A stretch of DNA of 48,284 nt, taken from the NCBI GenBank assembly GCA_963745035.1, contig CAVUVW010000001.1, positions 1-48,284 on the forward strand, in the 5' to 3' direction. This DNA is from an uncultured delta proteobacterium. Its GTDB lineage: Bacteria > Desulfobacterota > Binatia > UBA9968. Under the pieces are notes generated by a model. That model had not been told where the DNA came from. It did not search any database and saw only the letters and a list, made by a program, of their open reading frames with translations. Positions within the stretch are counted from its first letter, which is position 1. Each line of letters begins with the position of its first letter. The translations under genes were made by a program, and so were the position numbers. This document shows positions 8,606-22,463 of the stretch, one piece after another.

Positions 8606-9199
8606 ATGAATACGGAACACTTGCAGCAGCTTCTTTATGAAGCGTTAGAAACCGAGATGGGCGGAGTGCAGGTCTACAAGACGGCGATACATTGTGCGGT
8701 GAACGAGGATCTCAAAAAAGAATGGGAAGAGTATCTGGAACAAACCCAAAATCATGAGCAAATCGTTCGGGAACTCCTCGGTAAGTTTAATCTTGACCCC
8801 GATACCGAAACTCCAGGACGCAAGGTCGTGCGGCATATCGGCGAATCGTTAGTAAAGGCGATGGAAATGGCGCTGGAGTCTGGCAAACCTGAAGCCGCGC
8901 AGATCGTCGCCGCGGAATGCGTAGTCGAAGCGGAGACCAAAGATCACTTGAACTGGGAGCTTATCGGTCAGCTTGCCGAGAAAACCAAAGGAGATGATGG
9001 CAAGGCCCTAAAGGAAGCCCACGAACAGGTGGAGGAGGAGGAAGACGAACACCTGTATCATAGTACCGGGTGGGCTCGGGAATTATGGATAGAGTCGCTC
9101 GGGTTACCTGCTGTAATCCCCCCTCCCGAAGAGGAAAAGAACGTTAAGACGGCAATAGGGGCTGCCCGCGCGAAGCAAAGCCGCCAAGAAATGCTGTAA
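8606..9199 (+). CDS. Ferritin-like protein (DUF892-related)
   Basis: ETE..VY, EQTQNH, ETKDH and EEDEH diiron-type helices. Confidence 0.8.
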   Translation: MNTEHLQQLLYEALETEMGGVQVYKTAIHCAVNEDLKKEWEEYLEQTQNHEQIVRELLGKFNLDPDTETPGRKVVRHIGESLVKAMEMALESGKPEAAQIVAAECVVEAETKDHLNWELIGQLAEKTKGDDGKALKEAHEQVEEEEDEHLYHSTGWARELWIESLGLPAVIPPPEEEKNVKTAIGAARAKQSRQEML

Positions 9200-9218
9200 C
9201 TATACCGCGACGTTAACG

Positions 9219-9253
9219 AAAAGCGCGCGTCGCTCTGGCTACGCGCGTCTTTT
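9219..9253 (+). terminator. Intrinsic terminator of the stress operon
   Basis: GCGCGCGT...ACGCGCGT stem followed by CTTTT. Confidence 0.6.
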
Positions 9254-9354
9254 ACATCATGATTCTGACGGCAGCTTCCGGCTTCTTAACAGTCTAAGAT
9301 GATCATCGGCTGAAGGCTCTCTGCTCCGTTTATTCTCGCCCGGCGTTCTCGCGA

Positions 9355-9513
9355 CTTTGTCACAACTTTGCCAGAACCATTTGCTCGAATCGGTTCGAAT
9401 CGGTAAAATCGACCGGCTACGACCGCCGTTAAACGCTTGAATAGATACACATAGCGACCAATGGTGTCACATAGTCCCGCACCAGTCGCAGGACTGAAAA
9501 TCCTCGTGCCGGG
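9355..9513 (+). mobile_element. att-site remnant: arm-type repeats CTTTGTCACAA/CTTTGCCAGAA followed by a tRNA-Phe anticodon arm AGGACTGAAAATCCTCGTG
   Basis: 9490-9508 reproduces the tRNA-Phe(GAA) anticodon stem-loop without D-arm or acceptor stem. Confidence 0.65.
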
Positions 9514-9901
9514 TATTCCGCGGGAGCCCGTACGGAGCCCGGAGGCCCCGACCTACTGATTGACCGTTAGTTGCCTCAAGAAAATAGTAGCTGTTTTCTC
9601 GCCCGATCTGAGAACCAACGTTTCCCGGAAGTTTCCAGCTGCGGTGCTGTGGTAGTGGACCCGTGCCGGCTTATATCGATGTTCAGCGCGGTCCCAGAGG
9701 CACAGCCGAATCAGCCGTCTGCCGGCTACTATATTCGAAACGAAACCGTGCACAACGGTTCTTTACGCTGTGACACTGCCTCCACCAAACCTCTTCCTCT
9801 GGGTTTGCCGCTCTCGGCTACCAAGCGGGTAGTCGTATGCGGATGGGTCGCCGCGATTCGCTACGTGATCGCGGACGAACGATGCGCGGCCGCATTTCAG
9901 T

Positions 9902-10147
9902 CTAGAATTCCCGCTCGACGTTAAGACGGATTCCCTCTTCGAGGGCCAACACAATGTCGGGATAGATCCGCTTCACGATGTCGAGAAGCTCTCGCGCTTC
10001 GTCGACTTTACAGCGGACCTCAACGGCGCTCGCTTTGCCGTCCGGTCCGTGGACGATAATTCCATTTTTCAACATCCTGAAGGCAAGCTTGAAGGTGTCA
10101 CACTTGTTGAGAAACGGTTCGTAGTGCTCGATGGGTATAGAGACCAT
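9902..10147 (-). CDS. Hypothetical protein (81 aa)
   Basis: Protein-like part of the 9902..10276 ORF from MVSIPIEHY. Confidence 0.6.
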   Translation of the reverse strand: MVSIPIEHYEPFLNKCDTFKLAFRMLKNGIIVHGPDGKASAVEVRCKVDEARELLDIVKRIYPDIVLALEEGIRLNVEREF

Positions 10148-10454
10148 AAGGGGATGGTGACTCTCCCTCTTTGACGCACGACCGAGTGGCAATATGACAA
10201 GTAAGGTGATTTGGGCATATTTTTGGACACGGGACAAGTTCATTTTCAAAAGGAGATCCGTCAAATTCACCCGCACTCGAGCTCATCGCTTTTTGCGCGC
10301 TGAATCCATCAGCACGTCACCGCGAACCGCTCCGCTGTCTGCAAACATGCCCCATCTGAAATCGCGTGGATTTAGAATTTAAATCGATGCGCCTCTTCAT
10401 TTCGGTGATTTTTATTCTATTCTAAACAAGGGATAACCGCTCGGGTAGAGAGCT

Positions 10455-10640
10455 ATGAACATTGTGGAAGTCGTCGATGAGTTGGCCGCCATCGAGCGCG
10501 ATGTGCGCAGGATTGAAATGCTGATCGAATACATTGGCGCGCTCAGCGAAGAGGAGCTCGAGAAGGCATGGCCGCGCATTTGTAATTTACTTAAGGCGCA
10601 GGGTTCCACGCTTCATCCCGTAGTGATGCCGCTAGACTAA
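10455..10640 (+). CDS. Small helical hypothetical protein
   Basis: ATG ORF of 61 aa, amphipathic. Confidence 0.5.
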   Translation: MNIVEVVDELAAIERDVRRIEMLIEYIGALSEEELEKAWPRICNLLKAQGSTLHPVVMPLD

Positions 10641-10916
10641 TTGCAATCAGAGTTCGCGGGGACATCCCTGGAGTTTCGCCCGTCCATATTCACTACGCCT
10701 GCCTCGATAGCCCTGCGCATCGTTTTGGCTTGTTTTATCTTTGAAACGCAATTATCGGCCGACGTCCTACTATTCGGACGCAATGAATCGGTGGTGTAGC
10801 AATATTGCTGTCCTAGCCTCTCCCTTCCGCCGGTGGCACGCTTGCTGCGCACCTTCTCGTCAATTCGGCGGGATCCAGGCACGATCCGACCGCCGCCTCT
10901 AGTCCGTTGTCGGTTT

Positions 10917-11432
10917 ATGGTTCATGCCAACTTGTTAAGAATCATTGGGCAGGCGTTGGAGCTAACCAATGCTACAGTTTTCGAATTGGAAAAGCATGGG
11001 CAGTACTATGTCACCTGGAGCACTTCATTGGATGCCGACAAATGGATTTCATACTACGGTCTCGCCAAAAACTCTTCAGATGCAGGCGGCCGGGAGTCGC
11101 AGGCTCATCGCTCGTTGTGTTTCAAATGGTCAGACATATCTCGCCTCGATGGTCAGGCTAACAAACGCAGACGTCATCAAGCGTCGTCGTACGTGCAAAA
11201 CTCGAATAAGCTGCCCCAGCTTTTGCGTACCGTGGGTGACTATCTCGATCGCAACGCGATCAGTGCGTTCCATCTTTCCTGGACTCCGGAGCTAGTCTAT
11301 ATCGTGACGCTGCCTGTGAACGACTTGGTAGTTGAACGATTTCAACTCACAGCCGAGAAACTTCAACAATTGTCTTTGCACACACGATTGAGACGGTCCA
11401 GGCCTCATCTTTTGCCGTTCCACGTGAAATAA
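10917..11432 (+). CDS. Hypothetical protein, paralogue of 21515..22192 (two internal LRxxGxxLE/D repeats)
   Basis: LRIIGQALE..FELE / LRTVGDYLD aligns with LRALGQALE..FDLE / LRGAGSYLD. Confidence 0.7.
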   Translation: MVHANLLRIIGQALELTNATVFELEKHGQYYVTWSTSLDADKWISYYGLAKNSSDAGGRESQAHRSLCFKWSDISRLDGQANKRRRHQASSYVQNSNKLPQLLRTVGDYLDRNAISAFHLSWTPELVYIVTLPVNDLVVERFQLTAEKLQQLSLHTRLRRSRPHLLPFHVK

Positions 11433-11577
11433 AATCTCCCTTTTCAGCCGCGGCACTTGCCTTTTTCATGCGTGAGCTGGTCGAGAAAAGAGACGATTTT
11501 CATGCCACTGCGTTTTGTGAAAAAGAGTTCGGGGAATCTTCTCAACCTTGCGCGAAGCAAATTTTTGACCTGTGGCG

Positions 11578-11602
11578 GGTTCGAGTCCGGTTAGGCCTAC
11601 CA
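11578..11602 (+). mobile_element. attR-like duplicated tRNA 3' end (T-loop to CCA, tRNA-Ile-like) marking the island boundary
   Basis: GGTTCGAGTCCGGTTAGGCCTACCA with no 5' tRNA half upstream; GC-rich core genes start downstream. Confidence 0.75.
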
Positions 11603-11881
11603 ATTCTTTCCCGGTTCTTCGGTCCGAGCGTCTTGCGCCGCGCCCACTCGCGCCGTCCGTGTGGCCCGACGCCACGGCTTAAGGCGCTTCCGGAACGGCC
11701 TCGTGCAGCATTCGCGCTCTTGAAACGGCGAACCATAACGCCGGCGCGACCCGGTGGCGCGACAAAAGTGCTTTGGCTGCACGCAACGGGGCTTGTTTCA
11801 GCGGTCGGTTTCACGTAGAAATCGAAGTCTCCCCAGGGCATTCGAGTGTGCATTGCGCAGAGGTAAGCCAGAGCCTTGACG

Positions 11882-13033
11882 ATGAAAATCGCGCTTGCTC
11901 ATAAGCGCTTGGAGCTTCGCGGCGGCACGGAGCGCGTGCTTTATCGCACCGCGGAAGGATTGCGGGATCGCGGCCACGAGGTCCATTTATTCTGCCAGCA
12001 ATTTCGGATTCCTCCGCCTCCCGGAGTATGGAGCCATCACGTTCCCGGCCTCGCGCGGCCGAGGAGCGTGCGCGCCCTGACGTTTGCCTTTTTCGCTCCC
12101 AGGGTGATCGCCCGACACGACTGCGACGTGGTGATGAGCTTCGATCGTATTCTGCGCCAGGATATCTTCCGTAGCGGCGGAGGGCCGCGGAAATTGCTAC
12201 TCGAGAAACTGAAAAAACACAGCGGTATTCTCAAACGACTTTGGTATTCGATCAGCCTGTATCATCATGTGGTTGTGGGCATTGAGAGTCTCCAGGTCCG
12301 GGGCAACAAGAGCGGCAAGATCATCGCCGTTTGCGATCAGTCGAAGCGGGAATTCACCGACGTTTACGGCGTCGCCGAGGATCAGGTGGTCGTTGTTCAC
12401 AATGGTGTGGATTGCGATCGCTTCGACCCCCACCGGCGCCTTCACGAGGGCAAGGCCCTGCGCGCGGAGCTGGATATCCCCGGCGATGCTCCGGTGGTAT
12501 TGTTCGTCGGCACGGGCTTTAGGCGCAAAGGTTTGGACCGGGTCCTCAATCTATGGTGTCGCCATGAGCTGCCGGGCGTATATCTCCTGATCGTTGGTAA
12601 CGATGCAAAGCTGCAGAATTATCGCAGGCAGTGGAAGAGACAAAAAGAAGTGATCTTCGCTGGTCCGCAGGACAAGGTGGAAAACTACTATGCCTGCGCC
12701 GATCTTTTGGTCCTGCCGGCGATCCAGGAAGCTTTCGGCAATGTGGTTCTCGAAGCTCTCGCCTCCGGCTTGCCGGTGGTAACGGTTGCTGGCGTCGGCG
12801 CCATGGATCGAGTCAACGGCGCGCTCTCCGACGGCATCTTGTCCAATCCCGACGACCCTCTAGAACTCAAGGCTAAGATCTTGCAGATGCTCAACCGCGG
12901 CCGATGGTCTTTGCTTGCGCAGGAGGCGCGACAGACGGCCGAAAGATTTACATGGGATAGCTATCTAGATCGACTCGAACAGATGCTGGTCGAGTGTTGC
13001 CGCAAGCCTGCGCCTTTACTGTTCAGCAATTAG
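11882..13033 (+). CDS. Glycosyltransferase family 4 (WaaG/RfaG-like)
   Basis: GGTER, RKG and EAFGNVVLEALASGLPV motifs. Confidence 0.9.
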   Translation: MKIALAHKRLELRGGTERVLYRTAEGLRDRGHEVHLFCQQFRIPPPPGVWSHHVPGLARPRSVRALTFAFFAPRVIARHDCDVVMSFDRILRQDIFRSGGGPRKLLLEKLKKHSGILKRLWYSISLYHHVVVGIESLQVRGNKSGKIIAVCDQSKREFTDVYGVAEDQVVVVHNGVDCDRFDPHRRLHEGKALRAELDIPGDAPVVLFVGTGFRRKGLDRVLNLWCRHELPGVYLLIVGNDAKLQNYRRQWKRQKEVIFAGPQDKVENYYACADLLVLPAIQEAFGNVVLEALASGLPVVTVAGVGAMDRVNGALSDGILSNPDDPLELKAKILQMLNRGRWSLLAQEARQTAERFTWDSYLDRLEQMLVECCRKPAPLLFSN

Positions 13034-13226
13034 CGCCGCATGCGGGCCACGGCGCTTAGCGATCCATACGGCTAACGCGTCGGGCCATTCCGCCTCATTC
13101 TTTGATCGAAGGCCGAAATCTCCCAATCGAGCACTAGCATGCGGGTGAGGCATGCGGATTTATGCTCTGATTTTGGGATTTTCGCGCACTCCCGATTGGT
13201 ATCGCGCTTGCTCTAGGTCGGACCTC

Positions 13227-13895
13227 ATGAGCATCACGGAGAAGAAACTCGACACGTTGGAGCCTTCGGACGCCGCTACTCCGGACACCGAGAAGCTACT
13301 GCTTGCGCGCATGGAGAGCAGCGCGAACAGCGATGATTATTTTCGCTGGATGCTTTTCGTGGTTGGTTTTTACCGGGGAATAAACAAAATCGACGCCGCG
13401 GTGCGGCTGCTCGAGGATTTCATAAAAGTAAGCAAGGACGTGGAACAGACCGCTCATTGTTATCTCGCGCTTGGGCAGATCGTCACGGACGAGCAACGGC
13501 ATGAGCCGGCGCTCGGCTACTTTACTGCGGCCTTGGAGCTGGGGCCGAAAAAACGCAAAGTTCTCTACGTGCTCCACAACAACATCGGCTTTTGTTTCAA
13601 TTCCCTCGGACGCTTCAGCGACGGCGAAAAGCACTGCCGGGAGGCGATTGCCATCGACTGGACACGGGCCAGCGGCTATCGCAACCTAGGGTTAAGTCTC
13701 AATGGCCAGAAAAATCTCGCGGGCGCGGCTTGGGCGCTGGTGGAAGCCGTAAAGGCGGACGAGACGGACAATCGCGCCCGTGTATTGCTCGAGAAACTCC
13801 TCGCTTTGCACCCGATCCTCGGCGTCCAGTGCCCCTGGGTTACGAATATTCTGGACTCGGACCCGAGCGCCCTTCCCGACATGCCCTTGATGTGA
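13227..13895 (+). CDS. Tetratricopeptide repeat protein
   Basis: TPR patterns CYLALG, HNNIGFCFNSLG, YRNLG. Confidence 0.8.
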   Translation: MSITEKKLDTLEPSDAATPDTEKLLLARMESSANSDDYFRWMLFVVGFYRGINKIDAAVRLLEDFIKVSKDVEQTAHCYLALGQIVTDEQRHEPALGYFTAALELGPKKRKVLYVLHNNIGFCFNSLGRFSDGEKHCREAIAIDWTRASGYRNLGLSLNGQKNLAGAAWALVEAVKADETDNRARVLLEKLLALHPILGVQCPWVTNILDSDPSALPDMPLM

Positions 13896-14252
13896 GAAGA
13901 CGTCATCGCGGCCTAGCGACGCCCTGCACCGATCCAGGCCTCATTTCCCTCATTTTGGCTATCTGTTCTTAACTGAGTTTGGTCTGTGCCGAGCGCAGCA
14001 ACTCGCATCCCAGCTCCCCAAAATCCCCAGTGAGATTGATTCACACTTATGGACGCACTGCTTCCGTCGTAAAGACGCTTTTACTGTCTCTCCGCTGATT
14101 GCGGTTCACCAGCAAATACCATTCACCACGCTCGGCGCCGTTAGTCTATGTTGCCATTATGGCGCCGCAACGATCCCGCATAAAAGTTGCGCGTCTGCCG
14201 CCTTGCAGTAACAGCAGGGGTGGAAATTCGTTATTATTTCCCCCGCATCGGG

Positions 14253-14281
14253 TTGACATTCATTTTTTTCGATGAGATAAG
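14253..14281 (+). promoter_or_regulatory. Putative sigma70 promoter for lrp-gltBD
   Basis: TTGACA, 17 nt spacer, GATAAG in an AT-rich tract. Confidence 0.4.
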
Positions 14282-14321
14282 AACATTAAGATTTCAATGC
14301 CTTTGTCTTAATTTTATTAAC

Positions 14322-14807
14322 TTGCTCGATAGAATAGATTTAAAAATAGTTTATATTCTGCAAAATGACGGTAGAAGGCGGCTTGCCGACATCGCCGAGG
14401 AAGTCGACTTGTCGGCCCCTGCCGTTATGGAGCGGGTAAAAAAGCTCGAGGCCGGTGGCGTGATCCGCGGCTATCAGGCGCTGATTGATGGTAAGAAGGT
14501 CGGCAAGGACATCACGGCGTTTATCGGCGTCTCCGTGGGCAATCAACGCGACATCGACAAGTTTGCCGTTCAAATGATGCGCTACGCCGATGTGTTGGAG
14601 TGCCACCACGTTACCGGCGAGGAGAGCTTTGTCTTGAAAGTGAAATCGGCGAATACCGCCGCTTTGGAAAAGCTGCTCGGCGATATTCGTTCGGTGGAGG
14701 GCGTGACGCGCACGGTAACGAAAGTCGTGTTATCGACAGCGAAGGAAGGTTTGAGGCTCGAACTCGATGCCTGCGCGGTGGAAAATTCGACGCCAAAAAG
14801 AAAATAG
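14322..14807 (+). CDS. Lrp/AsnC family transcriptional regulator
   Basis: LDRIDLKI..LQNDGR..HTH and ECHHVTGE RAM domain; start codon uncertain (TTG 14322). Confidence 0.92.
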   Translation: MLDRIDLKIVYILQNDGRRRLADIAEEVDLSAPAVMERVKKLEAGGVIRGYQALIDGKKVGKDITAFIGVSVGNQRDIDKFAVQMMRYADVLECHHVTGEESFVLKVKSANTAALEKLLGDIRSVEGVTRTVTKVVLSTAKEGLRLELDACAVENSTPKRK

Positions 14808-14873
14808 TTTGGGCTACGTGACCGCAAGCGGTCGCCATATCGTGCGCGGTAATTTTCAATGAGGGATGAAGCT

Positions 14874-19472
<4,599 letters not shown>

Positions 19473-19617
19473 CAGGCATTTCGAACCGCAGTTTTGAATT
19501 CGTTGTTTGAATCGAGCGCGCCCGCATCGATTCAAAATTTAAAGCCTGACGATCTTCCTATGTCGCGCGCGTCGACAGCGCGCGGTGTCGGTATCATTTT
19601 GAGGAGTAGAGTAAGCG

Positions 19618-21102
19618 ATGGGCAAACCAACCGGCTTCATGGAATATGAGCGAGAGCTGCCGAGCGATCGCTCGCCGCTCGAGCGCATCAAGGACTGGAA
19701 CGAGTTTCATGAGCATTTCGCCGATGAGAAATTGCGCCGGCAGGGCGCACGCTGCATGGACTGCGGCATTCCGTTCTGTCACACCGGCCAACTGATCAGC
19801 GGCATGGCATCGGGCTGCCCGGTGAATAATCTGATCCCGGAGTGGAACGACCTCATCTATCGCGGTCTCTGGCAGGAAGCGCTCCAGCGCTTGCACAAGA
19901 CCAACAATTTTCCTGAATTCACCGGCCGCGTCTGCCCGGCGCCCTGCGAAGGCTCTTGTGTGCTCGGTTTAAATGAGCTGCCGGTGACGATCAAGAACAT
20001 CGAGGCCGCGATTATCGACAACGGTTTTGCCCAGGGATGGGTGACCGCTGAAACTCCGGAGAAGCGGACCGGAAAAAAGGTCGCGGTGATCGGTTCCGGG
20101 CCCGCCGGCCTGGCGTGCGCCGCGCAACTCAATCGCGCCGGCCATCTCGTCACCGTTTATGAGCGCGACGACCGCATCGGCGGGCTGCTCATGTACGGCA
20201 TCCCCAACATGAAGCTCGACAAGAAGATCGTCCAGCGGCGCGTCGATTTGATGGCCGAGGAGGGCGTCAAGTTTATCACCGGCGCTCACATCGGCGTCGA
20301 CGTGTCGGCGGTGGAACTGAAAAGCCAATTCGATGCCGTCGTTGTCTGTACCGGCGCGACCAAAGCGCGCGATCTGGCGATTCCGGGCCGAGAGTTCAAG
20401 GGAATCTATATGGCGATGGAATTTCTCCGCGCCAATACCAAGAGCTTGCTCGACTCGTCCCACAAAGACGGCGCTTTCATCTCCGCCAAAGACAAGAACG
20501 TGATTGTCATCGGCGGCGGCGACACCGGCACGGACTGCGTCGGCACGGCGATGCGCCATGGCTGCAAAAGTCTGACCCAGTTGGAAATCCTGCCGCGCCC
20601 GCCCGACACCAGGCAGCCCGATAATCCGTGGCCCGAATGGCCCAAAGTCTACAAGCTGGATTACGGCCAGGAAGAAGCCGCCGCCCGCTTCGGCGCGGAC
20701 CCGCGCATCTATCTTACCACCGGCGAGAAATTCGTCGGTGACGATGCCGGCAACGTCAAGGAGCTGCACATCTACGACGTCGAGTGGGCCAAGAACGAAC
20801 AGGGCGCTTTTATTCCCAAGCGTATGCCAGGCTCCGAGAAAATTCTGAAAGCCGATCTGGTGCTGCTGGCGATGGGTTTTTTGGGGCCGGAAGACGCGGT
20901 TCTCACCCAACTGGGAGTCGAGCGCGATCCGCGCTCCAACGCCAAGGCAGAATATGGCCAGTTCGCCGCCAACGTTCCGGGCATCTTCGCCGCCGGCGAC
21001 TGCCGGCGCGGGCAGAGCCTAGTGGTGTGGGCGATCAATGAGGGGCGCGGCGCCGCCAGGGAATGTGACCGCTTTCTCATGGGCACAACCAACCTGCCGT
21101 AA
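19618..21102 (+). CDS. gltD: Glutamate synthase small subunit
   Basis: [52 protein letters not shown]. Confidence 0.98.
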   Translation: MGKPTGFMEYERELPSDRSPLERIKDWNEFHEHFADEKLRRQGARCMDCGIPFCHTGQLISGMASGCPVNNLIPEWNDLIYRGLWQEALQRLHKTNNFPEFTGRVCPAPCEGSCVLGLNELPVTIKNIEAAIIDNGFAQGWVTAETPEKRTGKKVAVIGSGPAGLACAAQLNRAGHLVTVYERDDRIGGLLMYGIPNMKLDKKIVQRRVDLMAEEGVKFITGAHIGVDVSAVELKSQFDAVVVCTGATKARDLAIPGREFKGIYMAMEFLRANTKSLLDSSHKDGAFISAKDKNVIVIGGGDTGTDCVGTAMRHGCKSLTQLEILPRPPDTRQPDNPWPEWPKVYKLDYGQEEAAARFGADPRIYLTTGEKFVGDDAGNVKELHIYDVEWAKNEQGAFIPKRMPGSEKILKADLVLLAMGFLGPEDAVLTQLGVERDPRSNAKAEYGQFAANVPGIFAAGDCRRGQSLVVWAINEGRGAARECDRFLMGTTNLP

Positions 21103-21306
21103 ATCGCCTCGACACGCGCCTGGCACGATGCCGCATCAGCCCGTCCGCCACGTATGGACAGCCATTGCGACTTGCGTCGAAACCCTCGTACAGGCTCGCA
21201 TTTCGCTGCCTTTTCTGACTCGCCACCTTGTCACCGCTGACAGCTCGAAGACAAAATTGCGACGATATTCGTTGAATATCTTGGAAGATTTTACCCATCC
21301 GCGACG

Positions 21307-21321
21307 TGGCATTGTCGTTGC
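21307..21321 (+). promoter_or_regulatory. sigma54 promoter TGGCAT-TGTCG-TTGC
   Basis: Near-consensus -24/-12 box upstream of the riboswitch leader. Confidence 0.7.
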
Positions 21322-21375
21322 TCTTCACCGTGTCAGCAGAGTGGAGCCAAACTCCGAAAGGCTAAACTCTTTGTT

Positions 21376-21485
21376 GCTCGCCTGAAAAGCCGAACTCGTC
21401 GCGAGGCGAGGGCGGAAAGCCACGGATCACGAAGAGCATCCCGCATCAGCTTCGCTACCGTGATCGCCGAGCTGCCGAAAGCGAA
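21376..21485 (+). ncRNA. Cyclic-di-GMP-I (GEMM) class riboswitch
   Basis: AAAG-CC-GAA-CTCGTC-GCGA-GGCGAG-GG-C-GG-AAAGCCACGG-(long P3)-GCCGAGCTGCCGA: P2 with GNRA tetraloop, conserved AAAGCC junction and 3' GCTGCCGA, as in deltaproteobacterial GEMM-I RNAs. Confidence 0.85.
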
Positions 21486-21514
21486 CGATTCATATAGGCG
21501 GTTTGGAGTCAGAT

Positions 21515-22192
21515 ATGAAGCAAAACCTCGCCAAAAATAAGATTGTTGTCGTTGCAGACAACAGCTCTCCTGCGCAACCCGACGAGACGAACGTAGAGGA
21601 TTCCCGCAATTTTGCTCGCGAACTGCGGGCCCTCGGCCAAGCGCTCGAAAAGTTCAGGTTTTCCGCCTTCGACTTGGAACTCATAAGCGGAACCTACTTG
21701 GTCAAGGGCACGGCGACGTCCACCGACAATATAAAGTTTTCGTTTTCGCGATTTGTGGGCGAGTTGCTGCGCGGCTCCGCGGCTCGCACAACCATGACTT
21801 GCACGGGCAGCCAAATCGATCTGCGATTTTCGCCCGAGGAGATCGAGCGCTTCGATATGCGGGGTAAAATCAAGCGCCAGGACTCCGGTAAGATGCCCGA
21901 TCCTTACAGCATCTCCCAGATTCTCCGCGGTGCGGGCTCGTACTTGGACAATCGCGACGGAACGCAATTGGTGGGAGTTTCGCTGAAGGGGAAATGGGTC
22001 ACCGTGAACTACCAGACCGTTGAAGGACGGCTGGAGCGAGCCCAGCAGGATCTCGAATACTTTTACGATTATTGGGTAAAGATGTATTTAAAACGCAGCA
22101 ACCGCGTAAAGCCTCCGCTCCCCAGCGATCCAACGGTACTTGTAACCTGGCAAGGTATCCAACGGGCGCATGGAGTTTCCAACGCGGGCTAA
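21515..22192 (+). CDS. Conserved hypothetical protein with internal duplication, downstream of the riboswitch
   Basis: RBS GGAG, ATG at 21515; paralogue at 10917. Confidence 0.8.
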   Translation: MKQNLAKNKIVVVADNSSPAQPDETNVEDSRNFARELRALGQALEKFRFSAFDLELISGTYLVKGTATSTDNIKFSFSRFVGELLRGSAARTTMTCTGSQIDLRFSPEEIERFDMRGKIKRQDSGKMPDPYSISQILRGAGSYLDNRDGTQLVGVSLKGKWVTVNYQTVEGRLERAQQDLEYFYDYWVKMYLKRSNRVKPPLPSDPTVLVTWQGIQRAHGVSNAG

Positions 22193-22330
22193 ATTCCCGC
22201 GATAGCCGGACGGCGATCTAAATCAGCGGCGACTTGTTTGTCGTCAGTCGCTGTCCCCGCAGCCGATTATCCCGCGTTCTCTTCGGTTCGCCATTCGCCA
22301 TCTCGTCGTACGAAGCGGCTCATCATTCAA

Positions 22331-22360
22331 TTGACAAGTGAAATCGCGGCTTGTTATGTT
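22331..22360 (+). promoter_or_regulatory. Putative sigma70 promoter
   Basis: TTGACA, 18 nt spacer, TATGTT with extended TG. Confidence 0.5.
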
Positions 22361-22463
22361 TCCCGAGCCACGGTGATGGAAATAGTTGCCAGCCATTTGC
22401 TTCCCGCGGCGCGACGATTTTGCCTCGTTGCACGAAACATTCGCCTGAAAGGATTCGCCGGTC

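Noticed and set aside
9470-9550. Possible intact tRNA-Phe
   Set aside because: Only the anticodon arm and variable loop match; no TTCGA T-loop or acceptor stem
11521-11602. Possible intact tRNA gene
   Set aside because: Only the T-loop, 3' acceptor strand and CCA are present; no D-arm, anticodon arm or 5' acceptor strand, so it is treated as an att scar
21121-21135. TGGCAC sigma54-like -24 box just after gltD
   Set aside because: No TTGC/-12 element at the required spacing
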